A stretch of 64,000 nucleotides of DNA from Candidatus Micrarchaeota archaeon (GTDB lineage Archaea > Micrarchaeota > Micrarchaeia > Micrarchaeales > CABMGC01), in NCBI GenBank assembly GCA_021850705.1, contig JAJZKU010000003.1, forward strand, positions 1,987 to 65,986. The letters run 5' to 3'. Shown piece after piece: positions 57,932 to 64,000 of this stretch. A program made the translations under genes and the position numbers. The notes beneath the pieces were generated by a model that was not told the DNA's origin, made no database searches, and was given only the letters and a program-made list of their open reading frames with translations. Position 1 is the first letter of the stretch, and each line of letters opens with the position of its first letter.

Positions 57932-59479
57932 ATGGAAAAGAAAACCAAAGAGGAGATGAAGAGCAAGCATTGGACAGAGATCATCGTAGACCAGTTGCTC
58001 GGCCAGAAGAAGCCCCCATTCGTTATAACCGGCGGCATGACTACCAGCGGTCCAGCACATCTGGGTACAGTATGCGAGTTCATGTATCCTGCAGTTTTGG
58101 AACAGTCACTCAGAAAAGCAGGCCACCAGACACAGTTCCATTTTGTTGGCGATATAATGGATGCTTTTGACGGGATACCGTTCGAGTTGCTGGAATATAA
58201 AGATATTCTCACTCCAGAACTTGGCAAGCCATTAGTATATACTATAGACCCGAAAGGATGCCACAAATCCTTCGGTGAACATTATCTAAACCAGGCAAAG
58301 ACCCTGATGAAGTGGCTTTCCTTTGATATAGATGTAGTCAATGCAAATGATTTATATGATAGCGGGAAAGTAGACCAATATGCCATGCTTTTCCTGCGTG
58401 AGGAAGACAAAGTAAAAGAAGTAGTTGCAAGAACATCTATGAAAAAGATTGAAGACATGAAGGGCTGGAGCCCGATAATGCCCATATGCGAGAAGTGCGG
58501 CAAAATAGCTACCACATCAGTTACGTGGCATAGCGAAGATGAATACAGATACACGTGCAACAAGGACGTTGAGTATACCAAAGGATGTAACTACACTGGC
58601 AATGCAAAGCTTAAGGATCATCATTACAAGCTCCAGTGGAGACTGCACTGGCCAGTATGGCAGACCATATTTGATTCAAGCATAGAAGGAAGCGGCATGG
58701 ATCACATGACAAAGGGAGGAAGCGCAACAACAGCGTATTCCATACACAAAGAGATACTCCACAGAGAACCACCGATATTGTTCAAATATGGTTTTATAAT
58801 GATAAACGGAAAGAAATACTCAAAATCAAAGGGAATTGGCATGAGTGCCATTGAATTAAGCACTTTAATTCCTCCTGAAATACTGAAATACATGCTGATT
58901 GAACCTGATCTGCAGTCTGAAAAGGACATAGATCCTACAGGAGAAAAACTCATACGTGTATATGATACTGTGGAGAGGATAAGTAAACTTGAGAAAACTG
59001 ATAACAGGGCAGATGAAAAAAAGATGCTTGCCTTCAAAGTTGCAATAGGAAAGCTGCAATGGAAGGCTTCTTTCGTTGACATATTGCTAAATTATCAAAT
59101 AAGCAAGAGCTGGGATCAGGTGGGGAAGATGCTGAAAGATCCTGAAGGTGTAAGCTACCTGGCTCCATACATAGAAAGGTGGCTTGCAAAAGGATATGCT
59201 CCTGAAAGATACAACTTCGCCGTAAAACAATCAAAGATAAGCGAAAATCACGAAGTGGTAAAAGATTTCATATCGAAGCTTAAGCCAGAAATGGATGATC
59301 TGGAAGTCCATAATCTAGTCTATACGGTTGCAGAATCAAACAATGTAAAGGTAGACGCATTCTTTGCATCCATATATACTGCTCTTATAGGTAAGGACAA
59401 AGGCCCAAGGTTAGGCAAACTGATAGTGTCAATAGGCATAGAAAAGACAAAGGAACTGCTAAGCTTTGCCATAAGCTAG
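57932..59479 (+). CDS. lysS: Lysyl-tRNA synthetase, class I
   Basis: TSGPAHLG, PICEKCG, KLQWRLHW, DH, KYSKSKG, GPRLG. Confidence 0.96.
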   Translation: MEKKTKEEMKSKHWTEIIVDQLLGQKKPPFVITGGMTTSGPAHLGTVCEFMYPAVLEQSLRKAGHQTQFHFVGDIMDAFDGIPFELLEYKDILTPELGKPLVYTIDPKGCHKSFGEHYLNQAKTLMKWLSFDIDVVNANDLYDSGKVDQYAMLFLREEDKVKEVVARTSMKKIEDMKGWSPIMPICEKCGKIATTSVTWHSEDEYRYTCNKDVEYTKGCNYTGNAKLKDHHYKLQWRLHWPVWQTIFDSSIEGSGMDHMTKGGSATTAYSIHKEILHREPPILFKYGFIMINGKKYSKSKGIGMSAIELSTLIPPEILKYMLIEPDLQSEKDIDPTGEKLIRVYDTVERISKLEKTDNRADEKKMLAFKVAIGKLQWKASFVDILLNYQISKSWDQVGKMLKDPEGVSYLAPYIERWLAKGYAPERYNFAVKQSKISENHEVVKDFISKLKPEMDDLEVHNLVYTVAESNNVKVDAFFASIYTALIGKDKGPRLGKLIVSIGIEKTKELLSFAIS

Positions 59480-59577
59480 ATATATTGAAGATAGACCAGA
59501 AGAAAAGAAAAAACCGAATAAATAAACAGGAAGCATGGGAAAAGAATTATAAGGATAGCAAACTGAAGATATAGCAT

Positions 59578-59704
59578 GCCAGGGTGGCAGAATCCGGTAA
59601 CGCGCGCGCCTGGAAATGATACCTGCAAGCGCGTGGCCTCACGGCCTTTTGGGTTCAAATGAATCTTAGGAGAACCTAACTTTCTGAGAGTCCCAACCCT
59701 GGCG
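59578..59704 (+). tRNA. tRNA-Ser(GGA) with two introns (59616-59627 at 37/38; 59660-59690 at 59/60)
   Basis: Acceptor GCCAGGG/CCCTGGC, anticodon stem CGCGC/GCGCG, long variable arm GGCC-TCAC-GGCC, T-stem TTGGG/CCCAA; BHB motifs at both intron junctions. Confidence 0.9.
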
Positions 59705-59860
59705 TATATTAATTGCTTGAAAGTGCATTACTGATGCAAAGAATAAAGGCTTTTAAATCATTCTGTATTAATATAATGCACTGCAGTCAGTTAACGGCAG
59801 CTATTTTAACTGCGATTTAACAACGTTTAATTGATGCATTCTTACTGTTGTGGTCATTAG

Positions 59861-60409
59861 ATGGCAAAAGAAGAACCTATGAAGAAAAAGGCGCATGAAG
59901 ACGCAAAGCCCAAAGCGCAGGGAATGATAGTCAGACTTGCAGGAAGGGACATTAACGGAGACAAGAAGATAGCCCAGGCGATAGGAGAGATAAAGGGCAT
60001 AGGGCATACGATGTCGCACGCGCTTGCAGTACATATAAAGAATGATTTAGGCATAGACTACAACCAGCAAATAGGTCATCTGGATGATGCTACAATGGCA
60101 AAGATAGAGCAGGCTGTAAAGGATGCAACCGATTCAAAGATACCCTCATATTTATTCAACAGGCGCATGGAGATGCAGTCAGGAAAGGATATGCACCTTG
60201 TTGGCACAGACCTCGTAGTCAAGGTCAAGCAGGACATAGACGGCGATATAAAGCTGATGAGCTGGCGCGGAATAAGGCATAAGACAAACCAGAAGGTCCG
60301 CGGACAGAGAACAAGGTCCACAGGAAGAACCGGCACGACTATAGGGGTCATGAAGAAATCTGCAAAGCAGGCTCAGGCAGCCGCAGGAAAGCCTGCAGAG
60401 AAGAAGTGA
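59861..60409 (+). CDS. rps13: 30S ribosomal protein uS13
   Basis: IKGIG, SWRGIRH..KVRGQRTRSTGR. Confidence 0.97.
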   Translation: MAKEEPMKKKAHEDAKPKAQGMIVRLAGRDINGDKKIAQAIGEIKGIGHTMSHALAVHIKNDLGIDYNQQIGHLDDATMAKIEQAVKDATDSKIPSYLFNRRMEMQSGKDMHLVGTDLVVKVKQDIDGDIKLMSWRGIRHKTNQKVRGQRTRSTGRTGTTIGVMKKSAKQAQAAAGKPAEKK

Positions 60410-60413
60410 CTGA

Positions 60414-60986
60414 ATGGGAGATCCAAAGCGTATAAGGAGAAAGTTTGACAAGCCAAAGACAATGTGGTCAAAGGACAGAATAGAGTCCGAGCATGCGCTT
60501 AAAGAGAAGTACGGGCTTAAGAACCTGAGAGAGCTCTGGCAGGCAACCACTGAAGTTAGCAGGATAAGAAGGAATGTAAGAAAGGTATTGTCTGGAGCAT
60601 CTTCTGAAAAGGAAGGAAAGGAAATATCAGAGAGGCTCGCGAAATACAGCATGGTAAGGCAGGGCGCATCTCTCGATGATCTTCTCGGAGTAACTCCCGA
60701 GACAATATTAGAACGCAGGTTGCAATCAGTCGCATTCAAGAAAGGGCTGGGAAGGACTGCAAAGCAGTCAAGGCAGCTAATAACTCACGGTTTCATATCG
60801 GTAAACGGAAGGCAGGTAAAGTCTCCTGGATACATGGTCACAGCTTCAGAAGAATCGAAGATTAATTATTACAAGCCGATAGACCTTAACTTCAATAAGG
60901 AGGCAGAACAGGCTCCTGCTCCAAAGGCAGCAGAGCCTAAAGCTAAAGATGCGGCTGCAGTAACTGAGAATAAAGAGAGTGCTTAA
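60414..60986 (+). CDS. rps4: 30S ribosomal protein uS4
   Basis: [30 protein letters not shown]. Confidence 0.97.
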   Translation: MGDPKRIRRKFDKPKTMWSKDRIESEHALKEKYGLKNLRELWQATTEVSRIRRNVRKVLSGASSEKEGKEISERLAKYSMVRQGASLDDLLGVTPETILERRLQSVAFKKGLGRTAKQSRQLITHGFISVNGRQVKSPGYMVTASEESKINYYKPIDLNFNKEAEQAPAPKAAEPKAKDAAAVTENKESA

Positions 60987-60988
60987 TC

Positions 60989-61507
60989 ATGGCTGGAAAG
61001 AAAAAGAAGATAGAGAAGAAGCAGACAAAGCAGCAACAGCAACAGCAGCAGAAAGCAAACAAGAAGGAAGCTCCATCATTCGAAGCCGCTGTGCAGGAGG
61101 CGCAGGAGAAATTTAAGTCAAAGGCGGTAAGATGGGGCGTTGCTCACATCTTTTCATCAAAGAACAATACGATAATAACTCTTACGGATCTGTCAGGATC
61201 GGAGACCATAGCTGTAGGGAGCGGAGGCATGGTCGTAGATGCCGACCACGAGGAAGGATCCCCTTATGCTGCTATGCACGCAACATACAAGGTAGCTGCA
61301 ACTGCAATAGAGAAAGGGGTGACTCACATAAACATAAAGATAAGGGCTCCGGGAGGCCATAACTCAAAGATTCCTGGGCCAGGAGCACAGGCAGTAGTAA
61401 GGGCTCTTGCAAGGAGCGGCTTCAAGATAGGCAGCATAGAGGACGTTACTCCTATACCTACCGACACTACAAAGAGACCGGGAGGCAGAAGGGGACGCAG
61501 AGTATAA
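60989..61507 (+). CDS. rps11: 30S ribosomal protein uS11 with K/Q-rich N-terminal extension
   Basis: [42 protein letters not shown]. Confidence 0.97.
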   Translation: MAGKKKKIEKKQTKQQQQQQQKANKKEAPSFEAAVQEAQEKFKSKAVRWGVAHIFSSKNNTIITLTDLSGSETIAVGSGGMVVDADHEEGSPYAAMHATYKVAATAIEKGVTHINIKIRAPGGHNSKIPGPGAQAVVRALARSGFKIGSIEDVTPIPTDTTKRPGGRRGRRV

Positions 61508-61540
61508 ATATCCCAAGCATGTATACTCATCGGTGTTAAA

Positions 61541-62896
61541 CTGCCTGAGCAAGAAGATATCTTCAGGGCAAACGACATACGCGGTATATATCCCGATACT
61601 CTGAACGAGAGAATTGCCGAAGAGATAGGGATGGCATTTGGCACATTTATCGGAAAAAAGAAACGCTTAGCCTTAAGCATGGATATCAGGGAGAGCAGCC
61701 CGGTTCTGAAGGAAAGCTTCCTAAAAGGACTGAAAAGAACAGGAGCAGAGGTATTATACATAGGCAGAGTTCCCACTCCGCTACTCTATTTTGCAATAGC
61801 CCATTACAAACTCGACGGCGGTGCCGCCGTAAGCGCAAGCCATAATCCTCCTAAATGGAATGGCCTGAAGCTATGCGGACCTATGGGAAGGACGTACGGG
61901 ACAGGTTTTGGACAGGAAGAGATAAAGGAGATATATTCCAAGAAGAGATTCATATACAGAAAAGGCGGCAGAGTAAGGGACATAAGCAAGAAACTGATGA
62001 AAGATTATGAGAACTTTCTGCTTAAGAGGACAAAGATAAGGAAGCCTATCCGGATAGGTATAGATCCTGGAAACGGTGCGGATTCGCTGATAGCTGCAAA
62101 TATCCTAAAAAAAGCAGGCATATCTGCTGTCGCTATAAATGACAAGCCAGATGGCAACTTCCCATCAAGATCTCCGGAACCGAAACCTGAAAACATAATT
62201 GAACTAAGCAATCTTGTCAAGAGCAAGAAGCTCGATTTCGGGGTAGCGTTCGACGGGGATGGCGACAGGGCCATGTTCGTGGACGACAAGGGCAGGGCAT
62301 TCTTCGGTGACATAACCCTTGCCATGATGGTAAAGAATACGATAAACAAAGGGGAAGGAGTAGTATACGAATTAAGCTCTTCAAAAGCCGTAGAAGACAT
62401 GATAAAGCTGAAGAAGGCAAAGGGCATAAAGGCAAAGACAGGAAGGGCATTCATAATAGACAAGATGCTGCAGAACGGCGCAAAGCTCGGCGGAGAGCAT
62501 TCTACCCATTTCTATTTCAGTGACATATACGGTTTTGACGACGCAATATTTGCAGTAATAAAGATGGCAGAGCTGACATCAGGAAGCAAAAAAAAGATGT
62601 CGGAACTTATGGACGAGCTTCCCAGATATGAGCGCATAGTCAGCGAATTCGAAGTGAAGGAGAGCGAGAAGTTCAGGATAATATCAAGAATGAAGCAGAG
62701 CCTGAAAAAAATAAAAGGTGCAAAGATAGTGACTACCGAAGGGGTGAAGATGATAGCAAAAGACGGTTGGCTGATGGCAAGGGCTTCAAACACAACTCCA
62801 AAGGTAAAGATAATCGCAGAATCCGCTGACAAAAGATCCTTGGATAGATTGTATGCGCTTGGATTGTCGGAATTCGAGAAGGCAAAAGGAGCATAA
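61541..62896 (+). CDS. Phosphomannomutase/phosphoglucomutase (probable CTG start)
   Basis: IFRANDIRG lies in frame upstream of the first ATG; SASHNP, FDGDGDR, GGEHSTH, RASNT. Confidence 0.92.
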   Translation: MPEQEDIFRANDIRGIYPDTLNERIAEEIGMAFGTFIGKKKRLALSMDIRESSPVLKESFLKGLKRTGAEVLYIGRVPTPLLYFAIAHYKLDGGAAVSASHNPPKWNGLKLCGPMGRTYGTGFGQEEIKEIYSKKRFIYRKGGRVRDISKKLMKDYENFLLKRTKIRKPIRIGIDPGNGADSLIAANILKKAGISAVAINDKPDGNFPSRSPEPKPENIIELSNLVKSKKLDFGVAFDGDGDRAMFVDDKGRAFFGDITLAMMVKNTINKGEGVVYELSSSKAVEDMIKLKKAKGIKAKTGRAFIIDKMLQNGAKLGGEHSTHFYFSDIYGFDDAIFAVIKMAELTSGSKKKMSELMDELPRYERIVSEFEVKESEKFRIISRMKQSLKKIKGAKIVTTEGVKMIAKDGWLMARASNTTPKVKIIAESADKRSLDRLYALGLSEFEKAKGA

Positions 62897-62970
62897 CCTA
62901 CTTCTATTATCAGCGTATCTATACAACATGTTTAAATAGTGGGATAAACTCAGTAACATGAGTGGTATTC

Positions 62971-63171
62971 ATGACAGAAAAAGTGGTATCTATAAACAAA
63001 CACAAGGAAGCAAAACGAAAACCAGGAGAGATATCAGATGTACTGCGCAAGGAAGTTATGATTGCCCTTGACCCTAATAGGCCCGGTCCTTTTGGCAGGT
63101 CCGATGTAAAACGCCTCAAGCATGAATACGATCCTGTACAGAATGAACTGGACTATCTGACTAGAGTTTAA
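62971..63171 (+). CDS. Small hypothetical protein
   Basis: 66-aa ORF with TTTAAATA upstream, converging on the RFC gene. Confidence 0.5.
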   Translation: MTEKVVSINKHKEAKRKPGEISDVLRKEVMIALDPNRPGPFGRSDVKRLKHEYDPVQNELDYLTRV

Positions 63172-63174
63172 TGG

Positions 63175-64000
63175 TCAAGGGGACAAAGGCTGCTTTCCTG
63201 TCAGTGCAAGAGAGGCTAGCATAGCCTCTATCTGTATCCTGTCATTTGCGCCCTCTACTATCCTGAAATTATACTCGCCTATGGCACTTATCAGTCTGAG
63301 CTTCGCCTTATCATCAAGGTCCAGATTAATCGCTTCCCTATAACACTGTATCAGCACATCCTCTCCGCTCATTCCATATACGAGAAGGAGCTTGTCAAGC
63401 TCGTTCCTCGCCCTTATGAAATCTCCGTTGAATGCGAAGTCTAACATAGAGACGATTTCCTTAGGTCGTGCCCTTGAAGCTATATCATATACTGACTTCT
63501 CAGTTATCTTCTTGTTCGATATCGCAGCGCTCTGCAGCACGTTAGTAAGCTTCCTCAGATCCCCTTCGCTCACATAAATAAGTGCCTTCTCAGCATCCTC
63601 GGATATCTCTATATTCTCATTCTTCCTTATCCTTTCTATGTATCCAAGCATCTCATCTTCCTTGAGGGGCTTGAACCTAAGCACAACGCACCTGCTCTGT
63701 ATCGGCTCTATTATCTTGCTTGCATAATTGGCACTGAGTACGAATCTCGTGCTTGCCGAGTACTTCTCCATGGTTCTCCTAAGCGCATGCTGTGCTTCTG
63801 GTGTCAGTGCATCGGCCTCGTCAAGGAAGATTATCTTTACGAGCCCTGTGGAGAGTGAAAGTGTCTTTGCAAATTCCTTGACCCTGCCACGTATTATCTC
63901 TATACCTCTAGTATCACTAGCATTGAGCTCAAGGAACGCCTGGTTTATGCTTTCCCCGTAGAGCTCCTTTGCCATCGCTATAGCGGATGTGGTCTTTCCT
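63175..64000 (-). CDS. rfcS: Replication factor C small subunit (5' end outside window)
   Basis: GKTT at window edge, LELNASD.RGI, LDEADALT..AQHALRRTME, SRC, GDLRK. Confidence 0.96.
   Translation of the reverse strand, partial: GKTTSAIAMAKELYGESINQAFLELNASDTRGIEIIRGRVKEFAKTLSLSTGLVKIIFLDEADALTPEAQHALRRTMEKYSASTRFVLSANYASKIIEPIQSRCVVLRFKPLKEDEMLGYIERIRKNENIEISEDAEKALIYVSEGDLRKLTNVLQSAAISNKKITEKSVYDIASRARPKEIVSMLDFAFNGDFIRARNELDKLLLVYGMSGEDVLIQCYREAINLDLDDKAKLRLISAIGEYNFRIVEGANDRIQIEAMLASLALTGKQPLSP

Overview
Archaeal chromosomal segment. It is most consistent with a DPANN Micrarchaeota (ARMAN-like) genome; this is an inference from divergent archaeal ribosomal and translation genes, a stand-alone 5S rRNA, a tRNA-Ser with two introns (37/38 and 59/60), class I LysRS and split LplA/LplB. 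Housekeeping genes include uL1-uL10-P1, Trm5/Taw2, Top6B, Dim2, aIF2g, eS6, Cdc48, eL40, SOD, KorAB, uL11, Spt5, LysRS, uS13-uS4-uS11, PMM/PGM and RFC-S. Among them lies a ~24 kb locus (6.1-30.4 kb) that reads like an unusual chromosomal type IV secretion / Ced-Ted-like machine. It has a divergently transcribed VirB11/TadA-type ATPase, a VirB2/TrbC-like pilin with its own terminator and six tandem paralogous VirB6/CedA-like membrane proteins. It also has two paralogous membrane-anchored proteins resembling a detached VirB4 N-terminal region, a VirB4/HerA-type ATPase followed by a free copy of its own C-terminal domain, and several accessory proteins. No relaxase or integrase is visible in the window. 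An AT-rich cassette of three paralogous 2-TM proteins plus a decayed IS5 sits inside the locus. A second notable signal is a dispersed family of seven 100-200 aa orphan paralogues with a C-type-lectin/FGE-like motif. All family assignments come from motif recognition by eye; no database searches were run.
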